Source: an uncultured bacterium (GTDB lineage Bacteria; Electryoneota; B3-LCP). From it: 60,704 bases of DNA. The DNA lies in contig CAZUTK010000009.1 in assembly GCA_964623265.1 (NCBI GenBank), forward strand, positions 1-60,704, written 5' to 3'. Below are positions 19,454 through 27,375 of the stretch, in pieces. Numbering within the stretch: position 1 is the first letter of the stretch; each line of letters opens with the position of its first letter. The position numbers and the translations under genes are program-made. Below the pieces are notes generated by a model. That model made no database searches and was not told the origin of the DNA. It saw only the letters and a program-made list of their open reading frames with translations.

Positions 19454-20563
19454 ATGGATTTCAAACCTGCCGTGTATATGGAATTCGCCAAGCAGCAGCA
19501 CGCGCGCAAAGTGGAATGCAATTTAGGTTTATCCGGAATTACACGGCCCTATACATTGGAAGAATTGGGTGTTACGACGCGGGTTTTTCAGAACGATGCT
19601 TTCCATCCATACGGAAATGCGGAACTGAAAGAAGCCATCGCGCACCGCTACGGCGTCCAAGTGGATCAAGTGCTAATTCCCAGCGGCGGTTCCTCGCTGT
19701 GCAATTTTCTGCTGGCTGCCGCTCTCTTAGATCGCGGCGATGCCGTCATCACGGAAACCCCATATTACGAACCGCTGACTGCGACGGTCGCTTCCACCGG
19801 CGCGGAAGTCGTCCTTCTGCGCAGGCGTCCTGAAAATGATTATGCGATTGAACTGGAGGAACTGGAGCGGATTCTCCGTCCTCCCGTGAAGCTCGTCGTC
19901 GTCACGCGGCTGCACAACCCTACGGGTGTGGATATCCCGGAACAGACCCTCTTCGCCGTCGGCGAGGCGGCAGCGCGGATCGGCGCTTATGCGCTGGTGG
20001 ATGAGGTATATCTGGATTTCCTGCCGCCCGCAAGCAGGCGAATCGCCGCCTGCATCCATCCGCACTTGATCACAACGTCCAGTCTGACGAAAGTGTACGG
20101 GATGGGTGATCTGCGCGTCGGCTGGGCGATTGGACCAAAGGCGATCGTCGAGCGCTGCTGGCGCATCAACAACGTCCTGGGGGTGAATCCGCCGTTCATC
20201 ACGGAACGCATAGCTCTGGAGTTGTTTCAGCAAGGCGGGTTGGATCGCATGGCGGAATACGCGCGGGAAATTGCGGAAAAAAATTGGTCGATCGTCGAGC
20301 GCTTTTTGAGCAACCGTTCCGATCTGGATTGGGTCAAACCGGATGGGGGGATCATCACTTTCGTTCGTTTGAAAAACCGGAGCAATGCGGATGCACTCGC
20401 CGCTTGCCTCTTGGAGAGGTACAGCACGCGCGTGATGCCGGGGTCTTATTTCAACCAGCCGGATGGTTTCCGGTTGGGCTTCGGTGCCTCCGCGCAGGAG
20501 TTATCCGAAGGCTTGCGGCGCATCTCCGCGGCGTTGGAGGAATGGCCCGCCGGTGCTGCCTGA
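19454..20563 (+). CDS. PLP-dependent aminotransferase class I/II
   Basis: HNPTG, DEVY, SLTKVYG..LRVGW and FRLGF motifs. Confidence 0.9.
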   Translation: MDFKPAVYMEFAKQQHARKVECNLGLSGITRPYTLEELGVTTRVFQNDAFHPYGNAELKEAIAHRYGVQVDQVLIPSGGSSLCNFLLAAALLDRGDAVITETPYYEPLTATVASTGAEVVLLRRRPENDYAIELEELERILRPPVKLVVVTRLHNPTGVDIPEQTLFAVGEAAARIGAYALVDEVYLDFLPPASRRIAACIHPHLITTSSLTKVYGMGDLRVGWAIGPKAIVERCWRINNVLGVNPPFITERIALELFQQGGLDRMAEYAREIAEKNWSIVERFLSNRSDLDWVKPDGGIITFVRLKNRSNADALAACLLERYSTRVMPGSYFNQPDGFRLGFGASAQELSEGLRRISAALEEWPAGAA

Positions 20564-20584
20564 TTTCCATTTTAGGGAGATCGA

Positions 20585-21808
20585 ATGGTTTTCTATGAAC
20601 CCATCCGAATGGCGCTGACCGCCATCTTGACTCATAAGTTGAGATCTTTTCTGACGCTTTTAGGGGTCATCATCGGAGTGACGACTATCATCTCGCTGAT
20701 GACCATCATCCGCGGCTTGCAAAATCAGATCGAATCTCAGATGAGTCAACTCTCGGCGGATGTCTTTCAGGTGCAGCGCCATGATCTCCAGATGGGGTTC
20801 GCAGGGCACGGCAGAGATCAAAAACGCCCGAAGGTAACCCTGGAGGAGGCGAGGGCGATTGAGGAGTTTTGTCCTTCCGTTTTACAAGTGGGCCCGGAAG
20901 TCTGGCAGTTCGGGCAGTGGGTGGCGTACGGGAAGGAGAAGACTAATCCGAACGTTACGTTAGCCGGCGGTTTTCCGGAATTCGCTCCGAACAACGGCTA
21001 CAGCATAGCCCGCGGGCGGTTCTTCAGCATGTACGACGTAGAGCACGCTCGCCGCGTCATCGTCCTGGGAGACGCCGTGGCGAAGAAGCTTTTCCCCTTT
21101 GAAGATCCCCTGGATAAAGAAGTGCGCCTGGAGCATGGCAGGTTCCGCGTAATCGGCATCTTCGAAGAGATGGGAAGCCGTTTCGGCGGTTCCAATGACT
21201 ATCACGTCGTCATTCCTTTCACTACGTTCGAACACCTCTACGGCAAGGAGAGGTCCATCAATATCACGGTGAAAGCGCGTTCCCCCGAAGTCTTCCACCA
21301 GGCTCAGGATGAAGTCGTCAGCTTGTTGCGGCGGATGCGGGGGTTGAAACCGGATCAACCGAACAACTTCGCCATCTGGTCGCCGGAAAATTTGATTGAC
21401 AACTTTAACAAGATGACGTTCTGGGTGAAGGTGGCGGCGGTGGGTATCGCCGGAATCTCCCTGTTGGTGGCGGGGATCGGCATCATGAATATCATGCTGG
21501 TTTCCGTGACGGAGAGAACTCGCGAAATCGGTGTGCGGCGCGCCATCGGAGCGAAGAAAAGACAGATTTTAGGCCAGTTTCTTGTGGAAGCCGTTCTCTT
21601 ATCGGAAGTCGGCGGAATCATCGGAGTCATCGTGGGAATCGCTCTGCCGCTGTGGGTTGGACCTGCGCTGAAGCTGCCGGTCGCCGTGCCGACCTGGTCT
21701 ATCATCCTCGGTCTGGTATTCTGCTCCTTAGTGGGCATTGTCTTCGGAATGTGGCCCGCCGTTCGAGCCGCCAACCTGGATCCGGTGGAAGCGCTGCGCT
21801 ACGAATGA
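20585..21808 (+). CDS. MacB/FtsX-family ABC transporter permease
   Basis: HKLRSFLTLLGVIIG, GIGIMNIMLVSVTERTREIG, LDPVEALRYE. Confidence 0.93.
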   Translation: MVFYEPIRMALTAILTHKLRSFLTLLGVIIGVTTIISLMTIIRGLQNQIESQMSQLSADVFQVQRHDLQMGFAGHGRDQKRPKVTLEEARAIEEFCPSVLQVGPEVWQFGQWVAYGKEKTNPNVTLAGGFPEFAPNNGYSIARGRFFSMYDVEHARRVIVLGDAVAKKLFPFEDPLDKEVRLEHGRFRVIGIFEEMGSRFGGSNDYHVVIPFTTFEHLYGKERSINITVKARSPEVFHQAQDEVVSLLRRMRGLKPDQPNNFAIWSPENLIDNFNKMTFWVKVAAVGIAGISLLVAGIGIMNIMLVSVTERTREIGVRRAIGAKKRQILGQFLVEAVLLSEVGGIIGVIVGIALPLWVGPALKLPVAVPTWSIILGLVFCSLVGIVFGMWPAVRAANLDPVEALRYE

Positions 21809-21922
21809 TGCCTTTCATTCTGGATGCGAAGATCCGGGTCCATCCGATATTTGTCTAGGTCAAATTCTACGATCTGCGAGTAAATAAATTAGGATGATAA
21901 CAACCTCTACGGATAAAGCTCT

Positions 21923-22687
21923 ATGAAGACCCGCACGATCCGCTATGCGATGTTGATCCTGGTGTTCATTCTCGTGCTGTACCTCGCGCTGGGGTATGGC
22001 AGGCGATCCTTCGAAGCTTACTGCCCCTTCGGCGGGATGGAGAGTCTCTGGGGGTTGATCGCACGGGGGGAGTTCACCTGCGCACTGGGTCCTCTGAATC
22101 TCTCGATGCTGATCGCTGTTCTGGGCCTGGCTCTGATCGCCAAAAAATCTTTTTGCGGCTGGGTATGTCCTGTGGGATTCTTAAGCGAGCTGGCGGGCAG
22201 GTTGAGCGGCGTGCTCTGGAAAAAACAACTGATGGTTCCACCGAAGGTGAATTCCGGTTTGAAACTCTTGCGCTACCTCGCTCTTCTCCTCGCGCTCTTC
22301 TTCACATATCGTCTCGGCGAACTGATATTGCGGGGATTAGATCCTTATTACCTCCTTTTTTCCGGATTCGGGCACGGTGCGCTGGGTTGGATCAGCGTTC
22401 TGACTCTCGGGATTCTGCTGCTGGGGTCTTTCCTCATACCGATGTTTTTCTGCCGCTATCTCTGTCCGTTGGGCGCGACGTTTGATCCATTTTCCCGGCT
22501 GGGGCTGGTGAAAGTCGTCCGCGACGAGTCCTCCTGCACCGGATGCGGCGAATGCTCGCGCGCCTGTCCGCAGGGATTGAATCCGGATGCGATGATCCGA
22601 ATCCGCCATCGGGATTGCACCAATTGCTTGGAATGCTTGGATGTTTGTCCGGTAAAGGATACCTTGAAATTGAAATGCACCTTGTAG
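21923..22687 (+). CDS. Membrane polyferredoxin (NapH/MauN/YccM-like 4Fe-4S binding protein)
   Basis: CPFG, FCGWVCPVG, FCRYLCPLG and two CxxCxxCxxxCP motifs. Several TM segments. Confidence 0.88.
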   Translation: MKTRTIRYAMLILVFILVLYLALGYGRRSFEAYCPFGGMESLWGLIARGEFTCALGPLNLSMLIAVLGLALIAKKSFCGWVCPVGFLSELAGRLSGVLWKKQLMVPPKVNSGLKLLRYLALLLALFFTYRLGELILRGLDPYYLLFSGFGHGALGWISVLTLGILLLGSFLIPMFFCRYLCPLGATFDPFSRLGLVKVVRDESSCTGCGECSRACPQGLNPDAMIRIRHRDCTNCLECLDVCPVKDTLKLKCTL

Positions 22688-22697
22688 GAGTTGTAGG

Positions 22698-23060
22698 ATG
22701 ACCGTATCCAGATTTATCATACCAATTCTCGTGATCGCCGCGCTGTACGGAGGATTTGTGCTGCGGACGGCTCTGACTCAGCCTACGACCCAAACGACTT
22801 TCAGCGCCACCGGGCGCGAGAAGGTCGTCTGCACGGTAGAGGGGTTGAAGTGCAAAGGCACGGCGGGGTTTTTCACCAAAATGTTCGCGAATACGCCGGG
22901 GATTGCGACGATCGAAACCTTCGCCACCGAACACAAAGCCGTCATCTACTACGATCCGAAGGTGATTTCGCCCGCCGGAATCAAAGCCGTCATCGAAACC
23001 GCCGTGCCGATGCGCGACGGTTCGCATCGAGCGGTGTTCAAGTGCCTCGAGATGAAATAA
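22698..23060 (+). CDS. Membrane-anchored HMA-like domain protein (CxxT variant)
   Basis: N-terminal TM. VEGLKCKGT...PGI......HKAVIYYDPKVIS. RBS AGGAG. Confidence 0.65.
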   Translation: MTVSRFIIPILVIAALYGGFVLRTALTQPTTQTTFSATGREKVVCTVEGLKCKGTAGFFTKMFANTPGIATIETFATEHKAVIYYDPKVISPAGIKAVIETAVPMRDGSHRAVFKCLEMK

Positions 23061-23082
23061 CGCGCGGATTATATCTGGAAAC

Positions 23083-23121
23083 AAAAAGGCTGTCTCTTTG
23101 TAAGTGCAGACAGCCTTTTTT
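23083..23121. terminator. Bidirectional terminator between convergent genes
   Basis: aaaaaggctgtct/agacagcctttttt. Confidence 0.8.
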
Positions 23122-23138
23122 ATTCTGTTGAAACCGTT

Positions 23139-24080
23139 TTATCTCGACATTTCTTCCAAGAACAACCTCACATTGTCCCCCAGCGATGTCAGGTGATAAC
23201 CGCCTTCCAGAGCAGCCACCCACTTCCCTTGACAGTGGTCATCGGCGATTTGCTTCAGCAGCCTTGCCATACGGCGGAAGCCATCCGCGGTGACTTTCAG
23301 TCCAGACAAAGGATCGTGGATGTACGAATCGAAACCGGCGGAGATCAGCAGGAGGCGGGGGTGCTTCGATTCCGCCCAAGGGAGGAGTCTGTTTTCCAGC
23401 GCATCTAAAAGCTCCCGATCGCCGCTGCCGGACGCCAGAGGGACATTCAGCGTCCATCCCTTCCCTTCATCCACGCCGGTCTCATATTCAGAGCCGGTGC
23501 CGGGATAGTGGGGAAATTGGTGCAGGCTGAAATAAGCCACCTGGTTGTTTGCATAGAAGGCGTCTTGAGTTCCATTGCCGTGATGCACGTCGAAATCCAC
23601 GATCAGGAGCGGTTCAGCGTTTCGGGCTTCCAGCAGCCAGGCGGCTGCGATGGCGATGTTGTTGAAGACGCAAAAGCCCATCGCCGAAGAACGCACGGCG
23701 TGGTGTCCGGGAGGTCGGACCAGGGCGAACGCTCCTGACCATTCTCCGTCCCAGACCATCCGGCTGCCTTGAATCACGGCTCCGGCGGCTTTCAAAGCCG
23801 CGGTATAGGTGATCGAGGAGAGTTTGCCTTCCAGTGCCGGATACATAACCCCCCCTGCTTCGCAGCTTTCGCGGACCCAGTTGACATATTCCGGTGCGTG
23901 AATCCTGTACAGATCCTCCGCTGTCGCTGCTTCCGGCTGAACCCAGAGAAAGCGCTCGTCCCCCTGCAGCGGCTGCAGTGCCTGAAGGATCTGGAGCAAT
24001 CGCTCCGGGCTCTCCGGATGCCCTTCTCCCAAAGTGTGCTCCGCGAAAATGGGATCATAGAGCAGCGCGACAGGTTTCAT
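23139..24080 (-). CDS. Histone deacetylase / acetoin utilization (HDAC-like) amidohydrolase
   Basis: [43 protein letters not shown]. Confidence 0.93.
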   Translation of the reverse strand: MKPVALLYDPIFAEHTLGEGHPESPERLLQILQALQPLQGDERFLWVQPEAATAEDLYRIHAPEYVNWVRESCEAGGVMYPALEGKLSSITYTAALKAAGAVIQGSRMVWDGEWSGAFALVRPPGHHAVRSSAMGFCVFNNIAIAAAWLLEARNAEPLLIVDFDVHHGNGTQDAFYANNQVAYFSLHQFPHYPGTGSEYETGVDEGKGWTLNVPLASGSGDRELLDALENRLLPWAESKHPRLLLISAGFDSYIHDPLSGLKVTADGFRRMARLLKQIADDHCQGKWVAALEGGYHLTSLGDNVRLFLEEMSR

Positions 24081-24934
24081 GGGCTCCGCTCCTGCGAAGT
24101 GGATATCGTGATGGTTTTTCCGTCGCTGGTGATGATGATTGTGCCGTCCACATCCGTGCGCAGAACCGTCGGGCAATGCCGCCGCAGCCTCTGCAGCGTC
24201 CTCTCGGAAGGGTAACCGTATTCGCTCGGTCCCGTCGAGACGACGATCACTTCGGGCTGAACCTGTCGGAGAAATTCCTCGCTGTTGCCGGCATCGGAAG
24301 CGTGGTGAGCTGCTTTCAGCACGGAGCTTCGCAGCTTTTCACCGTGCATTCGGATTAACCATTGTTCCCGCCGGCTGTCCACGTCTGCGGTCAAGAGAAA
24401 TTTCACCTCGCCGTGCGTGACCAGGAGAACCATCGAATTCACATTCGGATCTACTTTCTGATCAGCCGCCTCGACTTTTAGGGGGCTGAGGACTTCGATG
24501 GTGAGGTTTTCGAACTGCACCGGAATTGCGCCGATGTCGGTGGTGTCAACCGTCCAGGACCCGGATTGGATTCTTGCGGCGTAGTCTCGATCGGCGGGCT
24601 GATCGTTCCGCATCCCCGTACAATGCACAGCATCCACTGCAATGGAGTCCAGTACAGCGCCGCATCCCCCGATATGGTCTTCGTGGATATGGGTGATGAA
24701 GAGATGCTCCAGGTGTTGTATACCAAAGGTGCGCAAATACCGAACCACCTCGTCGCCGGACTTTCGTCCTCCGCAATCCACCAGTGCGATCCCTGCGCCG
24801 TCGGCTTCGATGAGCGCTGCATCGCCGTGACCGACGTTGATGAAGTGGATATGGACAAGATCCGCACAGAAGGCTGGTCCGGAAGCCGTCAGACACAAGC
24901 CGGCGAGAACAGAACAGAGGATGATTTTGCGCAT
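24077..24934 (-). CDS. Secreted ComEC/Rec2-like metallo-beta-lactamase-fold hydrolase
   Basis: Signal peptide. [41 protein letters not shown]. Confidence 0.88.
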   Translation of the reverse strand: MRKIILCSVLAGLCLTASGPAFCADLVHIHFINVGHGDAALIEADGAGIALVDCGGRKSGDEVVRYLRTFGIQHLEHLFITHIHEDHIGGCGAVLDSIAVDAVHCTGMRNDQPADRDYAARIQSGSWTVDTTDIGAIPVQFENLTIEVLSPLKVEAADQKVDPNVNSMVLLVTHGEVKFLLTADVDSRREQWLIRMHGEKLRSSVLKAAHHASDAGNSEEFLRQVQPEVIVVSTGPSEYGYPSERTLQRLRRHCPTVLRTDVDGTIIITSDGKTITISTSQERSP

Positions 24935-24940
24935 ACGCTA

Positions 24941-24969
24941 ATGGTAAGAAAATCTTTCCGCCGATGCAA
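24941..24969 (-). promoter_or_regulatory. sigma70-type promoter TTGCAT-17-TACCAT, probably leaderless into ATG 24934
   Basis: The -10 ends 6 nt before the ATG. No SD sequence. Confidence 0.6.
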
Positions 24970-24970
24970 T

Positions 24971-25014
24971 AAAAAAAGAGGTTCAACGCGTTATGCCCGG
25001 CGGCGCTGAACCTC
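24971..25014 (-). terminator. Intrinsic terminator of the sulfatase-like gene
   Basis: Minus strand gaggttca...tgaacctc followed by T7. Confidence 0.75.
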
Positions 25015-25017
25015 CTT

Positions 25018-25047
25018 GTAGAAACCGGGGTTATACCCGGTTTCTCC
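25018..25047. repeat. GTAG-type REP-like palindrome
   Basis: GTAGAAACCGGG-GTTATA-CCCGGTTTCT, a perfect 10-bp stem. Confidence 0.4.
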
Positions 25048-25062
25048 CCCCGAAAGATCGCC

Positions 25063-26919
25063 TCAGTGGATATACCCCAAAGCTTTCAGATTGGCGATGG
25101 TTTCATCGCTGGCACGCGTATTTGCGGATGGGGGCACGAAAATCTCCTCTTTCCACCGGTCCATTCCCTCCATCATCCCTTCTCGGATTTCGGGTTTTTG
25201 ACGATGCAGATTCACGATTTCATCCGGATCGGTCATAATATTGAAAAGCAGTGTGTCTTGAGGAAAGTATTTGGGGAGGTAATCGTCCGCGTTGACGATC
25301 AGTTTGTATGCGCCGTCCAGCAGCGCGCAGACACTGCCGCCTTTGTTCACGTTGACGCTGAGCAAGCGGCGATCCTCCCTCGGCATCTCCCCGAAGAGAT
25401 TGATGCCGCTGATGTCGGATGGTATTTGTTCTTCATATCCCATCATCGTTAAAAGTGAGGGGAAAATATCCACGTTGGAGGCGTAGTCGAAGCGTTTTTG
25501 CGGCGCGATGAGGTGCGGATACCGGAAGATTAAGGGGATTTTCAGGACCGGGTTGAACAACAATTCCGGATGCCCCACTGTCGCGTGTTCGCCCAGAAAT
25601 TCGCCGTGATCCGCCGTGATGATCAGGAGAGTCTCGTCCAGTATGCCTTTACGGCGCATCCTGTCGGCGAACGAGCCGAAATTCTGATCCGCATACGCCA
25701 GCTCACCGTCGTAACGGGCTCGCAGGAAGCGGAAACTCTCCTCATTGAATCCGGCGAAAAAGCTCGAATCGTGGATGACCATCTCTTTTTGATTGCAAAG
25801 CTTTTGCGTTTTCTCGAGATTCCCCACAGCGTTGAAATCGAGAGATCCCGCGAATTGTTCGAAGAATTTCCGATGGAATTTGTAGGGTGCGTGCGGTTCC
25901 GTGATGTTCAGATAAAGGAACATATGGGCGTTGCGTTTCCGCATCCATTCGAAAGTCTTTGCGGCGATGGAAAAGGTCGTTCTGGAGCCGGAATCCCGTA
26001 GAATGAACCGGTTCCAGATTCGAAACAACGCCGGCTCCACCCAACTGTTGCTGAAGACTCCATAATCGCGGTCGAACCCCTGAGTTACATTGATGTCTCT
26101 GCCGGCGATGGGATTGTTATACATCGCCACGCAGTAGTAATTCTCTTGGTTCAAAATCTCTGCAATGGAGATCAATTCCTCCGGCATATAGGCTTCGCCG
26201 TTGTTGGCGTGCTGGTAGGGGTATTTCCCCGTGAAGATGCTGATATGACCGGGAGGCGTCCAGTTCGCGGCGCTGAAGGTGTTGACGAATAACGCTCCCT
26301 CTTCAGCAATGCGATCAATATTGGGTGTAGTCCGCATAGGGTAGCCGTAGCCTGAGAAATGATCGCTACGCGCCGTATCCAGCACCAAGAGGCAGATTTG
26401 CGGAATCTTACCATCGAAACCGTTACTGCGCTCTTGAACCTCGGATGTGTAGTAGAAATTGGAAAACTCGTATGCGCCGATGGTCAGAAGAAGCAGCCCC
26501 AGCACGATGACGGGAACCAGGATCGGGATGCGGGATGTTTGTTTTAATAAGCGCAAAAGGATGAGCAGCAGAAGGATCCCCCCGCAAATCGGGAATACGA
26601 TGAATTCCGTCCAGGTATGCTTCATATCCAGAGCCATCAGAAGCAGCTGCACGGTGGTGCCGAATAACCATCCGGCGGCGGTGAGGATCAGGAAGCGCCG
26701 GCTCGGTTCAGCGGCGATCTTTCTGCCGATGGCAGTTCTACGTAAGAGTAAGTCGAGCAGCACCATGCCCGGCAGCAGCGCGGCGGAGTATAGCAGAATC
26801 GTTTTGACGAAAAGCGCCGAATCCAACCAAAAGGGTCCACAAAACATAATGATATAGAGGCATTCCCCTAAACCTATCAGTGCGCCGGCGAGAACGGCGG
26901 CGAAAAGATACAGAGGCAT
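25063..26919 (-). CDS. Membrane-anchored sulfatase/alkaline-phosphatase-superfamily protein (Thr at nucleophile position)
   Basis: About 5 N-terminal TMs. LDTARSDH, WTPPGH.S..TG, EPHAPY, TADHGE and a C-terminal LKALGY. Confidence 0.88.
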   Translation of the reverse strand: MPLYLFAAVLAGALIGLGECLYIIMFCGPFWLDSALFVKTILLYSAALLPGMVLLDLLLRRTAIGRKIAAEPSRRFLILTAAGWLFGTTVQLLLMALDMKHTWTEFIVFPICGGILLLLILLRLLKQTSRIPILVPVIVLGLLLLTIGAYEFSNFYYTSEVQERSNGFDGKIPQICLLVLDTARSDHFSGYGYPMRTTPNIDRIAEEGALFVNTFSAANWTPPGHISIFTGKYPYQHANNGEAYMPEELISIAEILNQENYYCVAMYNNPIAGRDINVTQGFDRDYGVFSNSWVEPALFRIWNRFILRDSGSRTTFSIAAKTFEWMRKRNAHMFLYLNITEPHAPYKFHRKFFEQFAGSLDFNAVGNLEKTQKLCNQKEMVIHDSSFFAGFNEESFRFLRARYDGELAYADQNFGSFADRMRRKGILDETLLIITADHGEFLGEHATVGHPELLFNPVLKIPLIFRYPHLIAPQKRFDYASNVDIFPSLLTMMGYEEQIPSDISGINLFGEMPREDRRLLSVNVNKGGSVCALLDGAYKLIVNADDYLPKYFPQDTLLFNIMTDPDEIVNLHRQKPEIREGMMEGMDRWKEEIFVPPSANTRASDETIANLKALGYIH

Positions 26920-26934
26920 CGCTGATTCCTTTCC

Positions 26935-27348
26935 TTAATGAACATACCCCAGCGCTTTCAGATTCGCCTAACTTTGCCGTGTGATTTCGAACTCATCTTC
27001 AGGAAGCACTTCGATGCGCTGAGCTCAATGATCCAATTTATTCTACAGATCGTCGCGCAGCGCCGTTTCGATTCCGGTCAAATCTTTGTTTTCCTGAGGA
27101 TCATTCTGCAGGTCGAAGAGCAGAATTTCGTAAGGGTAGCGCCGCGCTAATCCAACGTCGCGGTTGATGATGAGTTTATAGCAGTCTTCGATGATGCTAA
27201 GGCAGACGCCCCCCCGACTCAAGCAGCTGCTCTGCAGCGTCCGCCGCGTCGAATCCTCTAAGTCCAGCAGGTTTAATCCTTCTACATTCGGCGGGATGTC
27301 GTCCCCGCATCCGATCAAATTCAGCAATGTGGGCAGAATATACGCATT
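26935..27348 (-). pseudogene. 3' remnant of a paralogous sulfatase-like gene with three in-frame stops
   Basis: Reads ...ILPTLLNLIG...YKLIIN...LLFDLQNDPQE...DL*NKLDH*AQ...QS*ANLKALGYVH*, colinear with the C-terminus of 25063-26919. Confidence 0.85.
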
Positions 27349-27375
27349 TCCTTTCGAACTGAAAAACAGATACTT

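Noticed and set aside
24978-25014. 6S RNA, suggested by GGTTCA/TGAACC
   Set aside because: The motif order is reversed relative to 6S, the region is too short, and it is explained as a terminator.
26935-27045. Stop-codon readthrough or recoding (Sec/Pyl) in the sulfatase remnant
   Set aside because: The stops are mixed TAG and TGA, the N-terminal catalytic region is missing, and TAG/TGA end normal genes elsewhere in the window. Decay is the simpler explanation.
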